64,000 nucleotides of DNA, from positions 1,027 to 65,026 of the forward strand of contig JBOGVD010000102.1 of NCBI GenBank assembly GCA_050696355.1, given 5' to 3'. The notes below the pieces were generated by a model. The model was given only the letters and a program-made list of their open reading frames with translations. It was not told where the DNA came from and did not search any database. Positions 44,672 to 54,045 of the stretch are shown here, in pieces. The DNA comes from Actinomycetota bacterium. Its GTDB lineage: Bacteria; Actinomycetota; UBA4738; HRBIN12. Position numbers and translations under genes: made by a program. The stretch's first letter is position 1; the number at the start of each line of letters is the position of its first letter.

Positions 44672-46186
44672 ATGAGTGATGGGTTTCGCGTTTCATCGTC
44701 TGCGCTGAAGCGCTTCTCGTGGGCAGGGATGGTGCTCGCGCTGATGGCCGTCTTCGGTCTGCCGACGGCTGCCTTCGCCGCCGCGACCACGGTGATGCTC
44801 GTCGGGGACCCCGGCACGGTCACGGTGACCGCGGACGATCTCGTGAGCGAGGTGAGCATCGGCGACTCGGCCAGCTTCGTCACGGTGGTGGATAGCCAGG
44901 GAGTCACGCCGGGCGCGGGGTGCGAGGTCGACCCTGACGTCGTCGGTGGGGTCCGATGCGCCAAACCGATCGGAGGGGTCACGGTCATCGACGTGATCCT
45001 GGCCGCGGGGGACGACATCCTCCTGACGGCGGGCCTGGGTGAGCCGCTGGACGTTTCGGGTGGGGACGGGAACGACACGCTCAACGGTGGGTCACAGGCG
45101 GACATCCTGGATGGAGGAGCCGGAGACGACACCCTCGACGGCAAGGGCCTCGACGACATCCTGATCGGCGGAGCCGACACCGACACCGCCGACTACGACG
45201 GCATCCCGGATCGGATCGTCTCGTTGGACGGCATCGCGAACGACGGCGCCGTGGGCGAGAACGACAACGTCGGCACGGAGGACGTCACCACCGCTAACGG
45301 CAACGACACCCTCACCGGCGACGCGAACGCGAACAGGTTCGTGAGCGGCAACGGCGACGACACACTGAGCGGCGGTCCCGGCGGGGACATCCTGAACGGC
45401 GGAAATGATGTCGACACGGTGGACTACTCGAGCGCCGCCGGGCCGGTGGTCATGACGATCGGTGGAGGCGCCAACGACGGCGAGCTGGGCGAGAACGACA
45501 ACGTGTCCATCAGCGTCGAGAACGTCATCGGAGGACCGGACGATGACACCATCACGGGATCGACCGTCGCCAACCGCCTGAGTGGCGGTGTGGATCCGAC
45601 CCCCGCGGTGGACGACGGGGACACGGGCAACGACACGCTGATGGGTGGACTCGGGAACGACACGCTGAACGGTTTCGACGGTGACGACGAACTGTTCGGC
45701 GAAGGAGACGCGGACAGGTTGAACGGAGGAGTCGGGGCCGACATCCTGGACGGTGGGCCCGGCATCGACGACAGGGTCAGCTACCAGGGCCGGACCGGCG
45801 GGGTCAAGGTCAACCAGAACGTCCCCGGTGGTGACGGGCAGGGTGGAGCCGCGGAGGGCGACGACGTGCGTGCGAACGTCGAACGGGTGACCGGCACGGC
45901 GTTCGCCGACACCTTGGTCGGTGGGCAGCTCAATGCCAGCATCCTGAGCGGGAGCAGCGGCCACGACGTACTGAACGGAGGGAACAGCCACAACGACGCC
46001 GTCAACGGCGGACCCGGGAACGACACGATCAAGGACAACGGGGGCCGCGACAGCGTCATCGGCTCCCTGGGGAAGGACATCTTCCACACGAGCGACGGCG
46101 CGAGGGATCTCATCAACTGCGGCGTCGGGGCCGATCGATCCTCAGACCGCGACCGGATCGACGTTCGGAACGCGAGCTGCGAATAG
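44672..46186 (+). CDS. secreted calcium-binding RTX-type (hemolysin-type GGxGxD repeat) protein
   Basis: 504 aa with a signal peptide and many GGDGNDTLNGG / GGAGDDTLDG / GGPGGDILNGG nonapeptide repeats. Confidence 0.8.
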   Translation: MSDGFRVSSSALKRFSWAGMVLALMAVFGLPTAAFAAATTVMLVGDPGTVTVTADDLVSEVSIGDSASFVTVVDSQGVTPGAGCEVDPDVVGGVRCAKPIGGVTVIDVILAAGDDILLTAGLGEPLDVSGGDGNDTLNGGSQADILDGGAGDDTLDGKGLDDILIGGADTDTADYDGIPDRIVSLDGIANDGAVGENDNVGTEDVTTANGNDTLTGDANANRFVSGNGDDTLSGGPGGDILNGGNDVDTVDYSSAAGPVVMTIGGGANDGELGENDNVSISVENVIGGPDDDTITGSTVANRLSGGVDPTPAVDDGDTGNDTLMGGLGNDTLNGFDGDDELFGEGDADRLNGGVGADILDGGPGIDDRVSYQGRTGGVKVNQNVPGGDGQGGAAEGDDVRANVERVTGTAFADTLVGGQLNASILSGSSGHDVLNGGNSHNDAVNGGPGNDTIKDNGGRDSVIGSLGKDIFHTSDGARDLINCGVGADRSSDRDRIDVRNASCE

Positions 46187-46191
46187 GCGAC

Positions 46192-47094
46192 GTGGTGACC
46201 CTGCGCGGTTTCGTTCGTGTCCGGTCGGGTGGTCTCCTGTCGCTCGCGCTGCTCGGCGTCCTGGTCGCATCGGCTCCGGCTCTCGCGTCGCTTCCCACCA
46301 CGTCCGATCCGGAGCTGCGTCTCGCGAGGACGATCCGAACCTCACCCTTCGCGGGATCTGCCATCTCGATGCGCGACGCGGAAGGAAGCGCGTACGTAGC
46401 CAGGGACGATTCCCTCTGGCTAGCCGACGACAACGGCCGGGCCATCTACGAGGTGAACCCGGCCACGGGGACCCTGAAGCGGAAGATCAGCGGTAGCACC
46501 TTCGAAGCCGCCGCGCGGTTCGGGGGCGGCTCGACGGCAGGCTCCAACCGGATCCGGGACTTCGAGAGCCTGGCCTACGACGAGGCGAACGACATCCTCT
46601 ACGTCTTCTCCGGCCCCTGCTGCGCCTCCTCCGTCCTGCCGACCGCGTTCCGCCTGGTGCGAGGTTCCGGCGGAGCCCTGCACGTGGACTCGTTCCAGCC
46701 CCTGGCGAGCGGCGCGAACTACACGGCAGCCGGTTGGAACAGCGCTGATGCGAAGGTCTACGTCGGTGTGGGCGCGCAGCTCCGCTCCTATGACTACGTG
46801 TCGAACACCGCAGGCCCCGTCTTCAAGGTGCGGAGCCTTCGGGGGATCACCGGGATAGACTTCTCCTCCAACGACCTGTTCGTCACGACGAACGCGGAGT
46901 CGCTGCGTCGCGTCGACTGGGAGCGCAAGACGCTCGTCGCGGGATGGACCTTCGACCTCACGCCGTTCCAGGTCAAGGACAGCCGAGCGGTCGACCTGAT
47001 CGACGATCGGTTCTACGTGCTCGACGGCTACGACGGTCGCTCGAGCGGCGACCCGCTCAGGCGCGCCGTCTTCGTCTTCGACGTCCTCCCCTGA
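46192..47094 (+). CDS. secreted beta-propeller-like protein, hypothetical
   Basis: 300 aa. Signal peptide ..LLSLALLGVLVASAPALA, then repeated ..LWLADDNGRAIYEV.. / ..LYVFSG.. / ..FYVLDGYDG.. blades. Confidence 0.55.
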   Translation: MVTLRGFVRVRSGGLLSLALLGVLVASAPALASLPTTSDPELRLARTIRTSPFAGSAISMRDAEGSAYVARDDSLWLADDNGRAIYEVNPATGTLKRKISGSTFEAAARFGGGSTAGSNRIRDFESLAYDEANDILYVFSGPCCASSVLPTAFRLVRGSGGALHVDSFQPLASGANYTAAGWNSADAKVYVGVGAQLRSYDYVSNTAGPVFKVRSLRGITGIDFSSNDLFVTTNAESLRRVDWERKTLVAGWTFDLTPFQVKDSRAVDLIDDRFYVLDGYDGRSSGDPLRRAVFVFDVLP

Positions 47095-47120
47095 ACAACG
47101 CCGTGATCCGAGGGGCGACG

Positions 47121-47993
47121 TCAGGGGCGGTCGTCGAAGGAGCCGACGGGTACGCCTCTGTTCCCCTCACGCTGTTCGGGGCCGCGGCTCACGAAGGAGG
47201 CTTCGGCGATGTCTTCGAGCGCATCGAGTGACGACAGCTCGGTCGTCATCCGCCGCCGACGGAAGGCGAGGACGGCGGCGACCCCCGTCAGCAGCAAGAT
47301 CGCCCCGATGACCTGGGGATCGAACGCCGGGCGCGACTCGGCGGCCGCCGCCTCACTCCTGGCCGACGCGAGCTGCTCCTCCAGGCGAGCGATCTCTCCG
47401 GTCAGTCGCTCGCGCTCCGACCGTGCGAATCCGAGCTGCACATCGAGCTGGGCATCGATCTGCTCGAGCCGACGTTCGGCTCGGCGCGCTTCTCGACGGA
47501 AGCCGAACACCCGGCCGCCCAGGCGTCCGTTCTCCCGCAGCAGCTGCGCCTCCCGGCGCGTCGCCACCACGGAGACCGCTCCGGACAGCCCCTCGCGGAA
47601 GCCGGTGATCGTGCACGGGTCGTTGCACACGCCCATGTCGTAGTAGCCGGACGCCACCTCGGGCATCGTGAACGGCGCGCGCAGCTCGAAGCTGGCCCCC
47701 TTCTCCTGCTCGAACTCGAACGTTCCGAGCCTCATGGCGCCGGTCGGGATCGCTTCGCCTTCATCGAGCACCGCGCCGCGAGGCAGCAGGAACAGGTAGA
47801 AGGGCCCCGCATCGAGCAGCGACCGGCGCTTCTCCGGGATGCGCACGTAGGTGCTCGCGATCCCGGTGTCGCCGGGCAGGTAGTGCGTCCGGTCGAGGTC
47901 GAGGTAGGCGCCTCCGTTCGCCGCGGCGTCCACCGGAAGCCCACCCAGCGTACCGATCGTCGCGATGAGCACCAGGGATCGTCTTCCTCGCAT
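47121..47993 (-). CDS. secreted, C-terminally anchored coiled-coil protein with CNDPCT motif (paralogue of 11328..12137)
   Basis: ATG 47993 after GAGGAGG, inside the 613-aa track ORF. MRGRRSLVLIATIGTLGGLPVDAAA.., ..GPFYLFLLP.., ..GYYDMGVCNDPCTITG.., coiled coil, TM IGAILLLTGVAAVLAF. Confidence 0.6.
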   Translation of the reverse strand: MRGRRSLVLIATIGTLGGLPVDAAANGGAYLDLDRTHYLPGDTGIASTYVRIPEKRRSLLDAGPFYLFLLPRGAVLDEGEAIPTGAMRLGTFEFEQEKGASFELRAPFTMPEVASGYYDMGVCNDPCTITGFREGLSGAVSVVATRREAQLLRENGRLGGRVFGFRREARRAERRLEQIDAQLDVQLGFARSERERLTGEIARLEEQLASARSEAAAAESRPAFDPQVIGAILLLTGVAAVLAFRRRRMTTELSSLDALEDIAEASFVSRGPEQREGNRGVPVGSFDDRP

Positions 47994-48041
47994 CACGTCC
48001 TCCTCGATCGAACGGTCGACGGCTAGACCGAACGAGCTCTC

Positions 48042-48061
48042 CGGAAGTTCCGCGGAACTTC
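48042..48061. promoter_or_regulatory. perfect 20-bp palindrome GGAAGTTCCGCGGAACTTCC in a divergent intergenic region
   Basis: Read directly. Lies between divergent starts 47993 (-) and 48126 (+). Confidence 0.6.
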
Positions 48062-48125
48062 CAGGTCCGGCCGGCGGTACATCGAACGAGACCGGACGGA
48101 GAACGCACTCGCGAAGGAGGGCGAC

Positions 48126-49382
48126 ATGAGAGCTCGGATGATCGTCGGCGTGCTCCTGCTCGTCGGATGCACGGCCGGCATCGATGGGCCCACGCGACCC
48201 GCGGGCCCAGCGATCCTCGATGTGGTGGCCCTGGGATCGGAGATGGGCTCGATGATCGTCGACGCGCGCACCGGGGCCGTCCTCGCGGCCGATGCCGGAG
48301 AGATCCCGTCGCCCGACGGCTCGCGCCTCTACGCCACAGCCTCCGCCGCCGGCCTGACGACGCTGCGCACGCGTGACACCGCGTCGGGCGAGGTGCTGAG
48401 CGCGAGAACGATCGACGGCAGGCTGGAGGCGCGCGTCGCGTCGACCACCGGCAGCGCCGTCGCGCTGATGAGCCCCCTGCCGGAGGGCCTCGATCCATCG
48501 GATGCGATCCCGCGCAGCCGCACGACGATCGTCGTGGTCGACCCGACCGGCGATGCCGCGCCTCGCCGGTACCGGCTGACGGGCAACTTCGAGCCGGAGG
48601 CGTTCTCCGTCGACGACTCCCGACTCTTCCTGATCCAATACCTCCCTGCGGAGGCGCCTTCCGTGTATCGCGTCACGTACCTGGATCTCCGGGAAGGCGG
48701 GGTTCACGCGGTCTTCGGTCGGTTCAAGAGCCCACCGGAGCGGATGCCGGGCGTCCGGCTCTCGCAGGTCTTCGACCCTGCCTCCGAGCAGCTCTACACC
48801 TTGTACACGAACCGCAAGGCGGCGCACTTCCACGACCACTGGCAGACCGAGAGCTACGGCGGCAACGAGGTGAGCTTCGTCCACGTGCTGAACCTCCGGG
48901 ACGGCTGGGCGTTCTGCGCCGGGCTCCCGCGGGTGTTGTGGGGGCAGCCGGCCTCCGCGCAAGCGATGGCGCCATCCCCCGACGGGACGCAGCTCTACGT
49001 CGTGGATTCCGTCCGCGGCCGCATCGCCCAGCTCGACACGCGCTCGATGCGGATCGTCAGGAGGGCGACGATCGACCTCGGGTCCGGCGAAGGAGGACGC
49101 ACAGCCGCGGTCATGAGCCCTGAGGGCGGAACCCTGTTCGTGACCTCCGCACGGAACGACGCGGTGGTCTACGGCATCGACGTGGGGTCCTTCACCGTGC
49201 GCGACCGGTGGTCGATAGGCGAGGCCGTCGCCGAGCTCGGGCTCTCCGACGACGGAGGCCGTCTGTATGCGGCCCTACCGGATGCGATCGCGATCGTGGA
49301 CACCGACACTGGGGACCCCCTCGGCGAGCTCGACGTCGGGCACATCGAGTCGATCGTGCACATCGCCACGCCGAGCCGGTAG
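48126..49382 (+). CDS. lipoprotein with beta-propeller-like repeats (YncE-like)
   Basis: 418 aa, ATG after GAAGGAGGG. Lipobox LLLVGC. ..SPDGSRLYA.., ..SPDGTQLYVVD.., ..SPEGGTLFVTS.., ..SDDGGRLYAAL... Confidence 0.65.
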   Translation: MRARMIVGVLLLVGCTAGIDGPTRPAGPAILDVVALGSEMGSMIVDARTGAVLAADAGEIPSPDGSRLYATASAAGLTTLRTRDTASGEVLSARTIDGRLEARVASTTGSAVALMSPLPEGLDPSDAIPRSRTTIVVVDPTGDAAPRRYRLTGNFEPEAFSVDDSRLFLIQYLPAEAPSVYRVTYLDLREGGVHAVFGRFKSPPERMPGVRLSQVFDPASEQLYTLYTNRKAAHFHDHWQTESYGGNEVSFVHVLNLRDGWAFCAGLPRVLWGQPASAQAMAPSPDGTQLYVVDSVRGRIAQLDTRSMRIVRRATIDLGSGEGGRTAAVMSPEGGTLFVTSARNDAVVYGIDVGSFTVRDRWSIGEAVAELGLSDDGGRLYAALPDAIAIVDTDTGDPLGELDVGHIESIVHIATPSR

Positions 49383-49528
49383 GTGCGGAGGGAACCGCTC
49401 GGCCCTCGGCTCGGTCACCTCCCAGATGGACGGACGCGTGCCAGCGGGGACCGGCGGACCTCCGGAGAGGTGCGCGCGGAGCCCGGGGTGCCTAGGCTTC
49501 GGTGTCGAGAACGGCTGAGAGGAAGCGG

Positions 49529-50053
49529 ATGCGGGATCCGGATCCACGCATCGTTCAGCGAGCCCGTCACGGCGACCTCCTCGCCTTCGAGGACCTGGTC
49601 CGCGAGTTCCAGGCCGACGCCTACCGTTTCGCTCGGTACCTCATCGGCGACCCCCAGCTCGCGGAGGACGCCACGCAGGAGGCGTTCCTCCGCGCCTACC
49701 GGTTCGTTGGGACCTTCCGAGGCGACCGGAAGTTCGGGTCCTGGCTCTTCGCGATCGTGCGTAACTGCGCGATGGACGCCCTCCGACGGGAGCGGCGGTC
49801 GTGGTCCCCGCTCGATGACCGCACGTGGCCGGGCAGCGTCGCCGATGCCTCGGCTCGCGTCGAGCTCTCGGCGGCGCTCGGCGCGGTCTCGACCGAGCAC
49901 CGCGAGGCCTTCCTCCTCGTGGAGGTGTTCGGGCTGTCGTACCAAGAGACCGCCGACGTGCTCGGCGTGGCGGTCGGCACGGTGAAGAGCCGGATGTTCC
50001 GGGCCCGGGAAGCCCTCTGTCACGCCATCGCCGAGGAAGAGGAGGCGACGTGA
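49529..50053 (+). CDS. ECF-type RNA polymerase sigma-70 family factor
   Basis: ORF 49502..50053; ATG 49529 after GAGAGGAAG. Region 2 ..DATQEAFLRAYR..SWLFAIVRNCAMDALRRERR, region 4 ..SYQETADVLGVAVGTVKSRMFRAREAL. Confidence 0.9.
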   Translation: MRDPDPRIVQRARHGDLLAFEDLVREFQADAYRFARYLIGDPQLAEDATQEAFLRAYRFVGTFRGDRKFGSWLFAIVRNCAMDALRRERRSWSPLDDRTWPGSVADASARVELSAALGAVSTEHREAFLLVEVFGLSYQETADVLGVAVGTVKSRMFRAREALCHAIAEEEEAT

Positions 50054-52026
50054 ACTGCAGCCGGGCCCAACTCGTGCTCTCCGCCCGGATGGACGGCGAG
50101 CGCGTCGGCGCGGGGGAGCTGCAAGCCGCCCTCGCGCACTCGTCGAGCTGTGCCACGTGCACCCGCTTCTCGGAGCGAGCGACGTGGGTCCGCGGCGCCG
50201 TCCGGATCCGACCGGCCGAGCCCGTCCCCGATCTCGTGACGCCGATCATGTCGGCGGTCGCGACGGAGCCGCGGCGTGCGGTGGCCACGGCGCCGTCGCT
50301 GGCGGTCCTGCCGAACCGCGCCCACCCGTACCGCCCCCGGCATCGTCGACCGTTCCGGCTCGCGCCGGCGGCCGCCGCCGCGATCGTCGGCGTGGTGATC
50401 GGCAGCCTGCTCGTCGGAGGGCCCTGGCAACGACCGACGGACCGGCCAATCGCGGCCGCCGCCGTGGTCCGCAGCGTCAGGAACGCCGCTCCAGCTCTCG
50501 ACGCCTTCCAGGCAACGTACGCGATCCGGGAGCTCGGCCTCTCGTCGGACGTCCCGGAGCGACGGCTCGAGATGGACGTCGCCTTCCTCTCGCCCCAGCG
50601 GTTCCGGATGGAGGTGCACGACCGGACGCGGTATCCGACGCGATCGTGGACGCCGACCGACCTCCTCTACGTCCAGAACGTCACGACGACGTTCGTGTCC
50701 GGACCATCCGGTTGTCCCGGCGACCTCGCACCGGATGTCTGTCCCCGAACCCGCGCCACCGTGACCAGGCTCTCGGAGTTCTCGGCGGCGGCCCCGCTCC
50801 CGGCGGACCTGATCCTGCCCGTGACGACGTTCGGCTCGCCGCACGGCGTGGAGGTGATCGGGACCGACGACGTCGCCGGCCGCCGAGCCGTCCGGCTCCG
50901 CCTGTCCTTCTCCCGGGCGGAGGCGATGTTCCCGTTCCGTCGGCTCGGTGGCACCTGGCGTCCGTTCTTCGAACGCGATCGCGTCCTGCTGTGGCTCGAC
51001 TCGAGCTCGTGGCTGCCGCTGCGCTACGTGGTCTACCCCTCGGTCTCCGAGGAGCGTCGGGAGTGGGAGCTCAGATTCGGGCTGCCGTCGGAATCTCCGG
51101 AAGATCCCATCCTGGACGTCCGCATGGTGTCGTGGTCGACCGAGTTCCCCGACGACGGGCTGTTCCGGATCCCGGGAGCGCGACAGCCGACGACCCGTTC
51201 GTTGGAGGAGGTCGCCGATCGCATCGGCTATTCGCCGGCGACGCCCGCCGCGCCGGAGGATCTCTCGCTCGTGTCCGTTCAGACGCCACCCTGGCCGACC
51301 CGCATCACGCCCCGCACGCTCCTCGTCTACGCCGACGGCCTCGACTACCTCAAGGTCGGGGAGCGCGCGGACTGGACGGGCCCCGGGCCCTTCGGACCGG
51401 TCGATGCGGCGGCGGAACGCGTGGACCTGCCCGGAGGTGGCGTCGGGTACTACGAGCCCGCCGGAGAGGGGTTCGGGCGGCGACTGGCGATCCACGCATC
51501 GGCCAAGGACCTCTACCTCGAGAGCAACCTGCCTCGGCAACGCCTGCTGGCGATCGCCGCATCGCTGCCGCTCCTAGGTGAGCCGCTCCCCGCCTCGTGG
51601 CGGACGCAGTCGTCGAAGGGCCTCGAGATCCGGCGCGTGCCCGTCGAGGAGGCGCTCGAGGCGGCGGATCTCCACCCGTCGTTGCTCTCCGAGCTGCCGC
51701 CCGGGTATGTGGCAGCGAGCGCCGAGATCTCCTCGGCCGGCTCTGCGATCCGGGCCGTGACCTTGCATCTGCGTCGTCTCGACATGGACGCCGCAGGCGG
51801 ACCGATCACGCTGCACGTGGAACCGGGCGCCGTGCTCCCTCGACCCTCCTCGGCCGCCCAGTCGAGGATCCGGCTCGGTCCCGGTGTCGACGGGACCGGC
51901 CGGTGGACGCCGGCGCGATCGCAGCTCGAGTGGATCGACGATGGCTCGTACCACTCACTGCAAGGCGAGCTCGGCCTCCGAACCTTGATCGCTATCGCGT
52001 CCGCCGTGACCGTGGCCGGGCGATGA
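50050..52026 (+). CDS. anti-sigma factor (zf-HC2-like N-terminus, one TM, ~500-aa extracytoplasmic domain)
   Basis: GTG 50050 overlaps the sigma stop (GTGA). ..LAHSSSCATCTRF.., TM AAAAAIVGVVIGSLLVGG, then a large periplasm-side domain. Confidence 0.75.
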   Translation: MNCSRAQLVLSARMDGERVGAGELQAALAHSSSCATCTRFSERATWVRGAVRIRPAEPVPDLVTPIMSAVATEPRRAVATAPSLAVLPNRAHPYRPRHRRPFRLAPAAAAAIVGVVIGSLLVGGPWQRPTDRPIAAAAVVRSVRNAAPALDAFQATYAIRELGLSSDVPERRLEMDVAFLSPQRFRMEVHDRTRYPTRSWTPTDLLYVQNVTTTFVSGPSGCPGDLAPDVCPRTRATVTRLSEFSAAAPLPADLILPVTTFGSPHGVEVIGTDDVAGRRAVRLRLSFSRAEAMFPFRRLGGTWRPFFERDRVLLWLDSSSWLPLRYVVYPSVSEERREWELRFGLPSESPEDPILDVRMVSWSTEFPDDGLFRIPGARQPTTRSLEEVADRIGYSPATPAAPEDLSLVSVQTPPWPTRITPRTLLVYADGLDYLKVGERADWTGPGPFGPVDAAAERVDLPGGGVGYYEPAGEGFGRRLAIHASAKDLYLESNLPRQRLLAIAASLPLLGEPLPASWRTQSSKGLEIRRVPVEEALEAADLHPSLLSELPPGYVAASAEISSAGSAIRAVTLHLRRLDMDAAGGPITLHVEPGAVLPRPSSAAQSRIRLGPGVDGTGRWTPARSQLEWIDDGSYHSLQGELGLRTLIAIASAVTVAGR

Positions 52027-53243
52027 GTCGTCGGACCGTGACGTCCGTGGTTGGGGCGCTCGTCGGCGTGATGCTGGGAGGCCTGATCACCCTCGGCATC
52101 CAGGCACGGACGATGGAAGCGCCGAGCCGGCCAGAAGACGCACTGCCCCTCCCGGTCACACGTCCGACACGTGCCGAGACGTTCCTCGCGTGGATACCCC
52201 GGGGGCTGCCCTCCGGATTCGCGGCGCGAGTCCGGCGGCTCCCCGAGGTCGGACACCTCGCGATCGTCGCCGAGGACAACGTCTGGCTGTCGCGCACCTG
52301 GAGCGTGACGGGCGAGCTGGTGGACCGAGCGCCGCGACCCTACCTCTATCCGGTCGACGCAGCGGCGGTCGACCCGACGACGTTCGCGGCGTTCCTTCCT
52401 CCGCCGGATCGTGGCGTGCTCGGTGCGATCGAGGACGGCGATGGGGTCCTGGGGTCCAGCTCGGCTTCCCTCCGGAGACTCGGTCCTGGCGCGATCCTCG
52501 AGTTCCGCCGAGGGGACCACGCGGAGCGCATCCGGATCGCGGCGGTCCTCCCCGACGAGCTGATGGGAGCAGCGGAGCTCCTGGTGTCTGAGGAGACCGG
52601 ACGCCGGATCGGTATCGACCGGAACCGCTACCTGCTGATCCAGCCGGCCGCGGATCGCCCGCTCACGTCGCGGCAGCTCAGGGGGGAGCTCGCACCGATG
52701 GTGCCGGAGGAGCTCGGCGCTCTCGCCCGTGTCCAGGTGCGCGCGCCAGGCGAGACGCCGTACTTCCGCGCGGGCGATGCGGTCCTGCCGCCGGTGCTGC
52801 TCAAGATCCTGTTCGGCGAGTTCGCGGCGCGACCCGACGACCTGCGCTCGGGGGACGTCGCGGTGGACCCAGCCTGGGTTCGGGAACACATCGTGACCAC
52901 CCGGATCCCGCCGCTCGGGGAGGTGACCTGCCACCGTGGGGTCGTGTTCCAGCTACGTGCGGCGATGCACGAGCTCCGGACGGAGGGGCTCGCTCACCTG
53001 ATCCGGTCGTTCCATGGATGCTTCGTGCCGAAGTTCATCAACCGAGATCCCACGGCGATGCTGTCCCACCACTCGTGGGGCATCGCTTTCGATACCAACC
53101 TCGTCGGCAACTACTACGGCAGCGCTCCCCATCAGGATCCGAGGTTGGTCTCGATCCTCGAGCGGTGGGGCTTCCTCTGGGGAGGGTCGTTCGTGGTACC
53201 CGACGGGAACCACTTCGAGTACCGACGGTCCCCACTCGCGTGA
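52023..53243 (+). CDS. membrane-anchored M15 (VanY-like) D,D-peptidase family protein
   Basis: ATG 52023 overlaps the anti-sigma stop (ATGA). TM VVGALVGVMLGGLITLGI. C-terminal ..SHHSWGIAFD.. and ..WGGSFVVPDGNHFEY... Confidence 0.7.
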   Translation: MSRRTVTSVVGALVGVMLGGLITLGIQARTMEAPSRPEDALPLPVTRPTRAETFLAWIPRGLPSGFAARVRRLPEVGHLAIVAEDNVWLSRTWSVTGELVDRAPRPYLYPVDAAAVDPTTFAAFLPPPDRGVLGAIEDGDGVLGSSSASLRRLGPGAILEFRRGDHAERIRIAAVLPDELMGAAELLVSEETGRRIGIDRNRYLLIQPAADRPLTSRQLRGELAPMVPEELGALARVQVRAPGETPYFRAGDAVLPPVLLKILFGEFAARPDDLRSGDVAVDPAWVREHIVTTRIPPLGEVTCHRGVVFQLRAAMHELRTEGLAHLIRSFHGCFVPKFINRDPTAMLSHHSWGIAFDTNLVGNYYGSAPHQDPRLVSILERWGFLWGGSFVVPDGNHFEYRRSPLA

Positions 53244-53274
53244 CGGGGGGTGGCGCCCCCCGCGGGGCGCCCCG

Positions 53275-54045
53275 CTACACAGCAGGCAGCGTGCGTGCGT
53301 GCGTCCTCGCGGTTGGACGGGATGCCGTCGTCTCGAGCCCCAGGGCCACCACCCGACCAACCACGAGCGTGGCCGGCGGGCCGACGCTCGCCCGCTCGGC
53401 GAGGGTCGGTAGGTCAGCCAGCACCCCGACGACCGAGCGTTGATCTCGCGTCCACGCCCACTGGACGATCGCGGCTGGCTCCTCGGCTGGGCGGCCGGAA
53501 GCGATGAGGCCGGCGCACGTCTCCGCGAGGCGGCCCGCGGCCATCAGCACGACGATCGTGTCGGCGCCGGCGACGTGAGCGAGATCCACCTCGGCGTCGT
53601 GGGCCGTCGAACCCGTCACGACCGCGAAGGATCGAGCAACGCCGCGGTGCGTGACCGGGATGCCCAGGGCAGCGGGGGCGGCGACGGCCGCCGACACGCC
53701 CGGGACCACCTCGCACGGGATCCCGGCGGCGGCACAACCCGTGAGCTCTTCGCCGCCCCGTCCGAAGACGAATGGATCTCCGCCCTTCAGCCGAACCACG
53801 ACGGAGCCACCGAGGGCACGGTCGACCAGCAGCCGCTCGATCTCTCGCTGCGGGACGGCGGCGGTTCCCGGCTCCTTGCCCACGTAGATCCGCTCGGCCC
53901 TCGCCGGCGCCAGGTCGAGGAGGGCGGGCGCGACGAGCCGGTCGAACACCACCACGTCCGCCGCGACCAGCGCGCGGGCGCCGCGGACGGTGATGAGGCC
54001 GGGGTCGCCGGGACCCGCGCCGACGAGGACGACCCGCCCCGTCAT
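53275..54045 (-). CDS. cobA: uroporphyrinogen-III C-methyltransferase (SUMT)
   Basis: ATG 54045 overlaps the upstream stop (ATGA). VVLVGAGPGDPGLITVRG, LKGGDPFVFGRGGEE. Confidence 0.85.
   Translation of the reverse strand: MTGRVVLVGAGPGDPGLITVRGARALVAADVVVFDRLVAPALLDLAPARAERIYVGKEPGTAAVPQREIERLLVDRALGGSVVVRLKGGDPFVFGRGGEELTGCAAAGIPCEVVPGVSAAVAAPAALGIPVTHRGVARSFAVVTGSTAHDAEVDLAHVAGADTIVVLMAAGRLAETCAGLIASGRPAEEPAAIVQWAWTRDQRSVVGVLADLPTLAERASVGPPATLVVGRVVALGLETTASRPTARTHARTLPAV

Noticed and set aside
47121-48962. 613-aa minus-strand ORF.
   Set aside because: Its N-terminal ~320 aa are antisense to the well-supported lipoprotein gene 48126..49382 and have Arg/Pro/Gly shadow-ORF composition. Only the last 290 aa (from ATG 47993, with RBS and signal peptide) look real.
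49391-49416. ECF-type promoter candidate GGAAC-N18-GTC upstream of the sigma gene.
   Set aside because: The -35 core is present, but the spacer is longer than the 16-17 nt I recall as typical and the -10 is only a GTC. Not strong enough to annotate.
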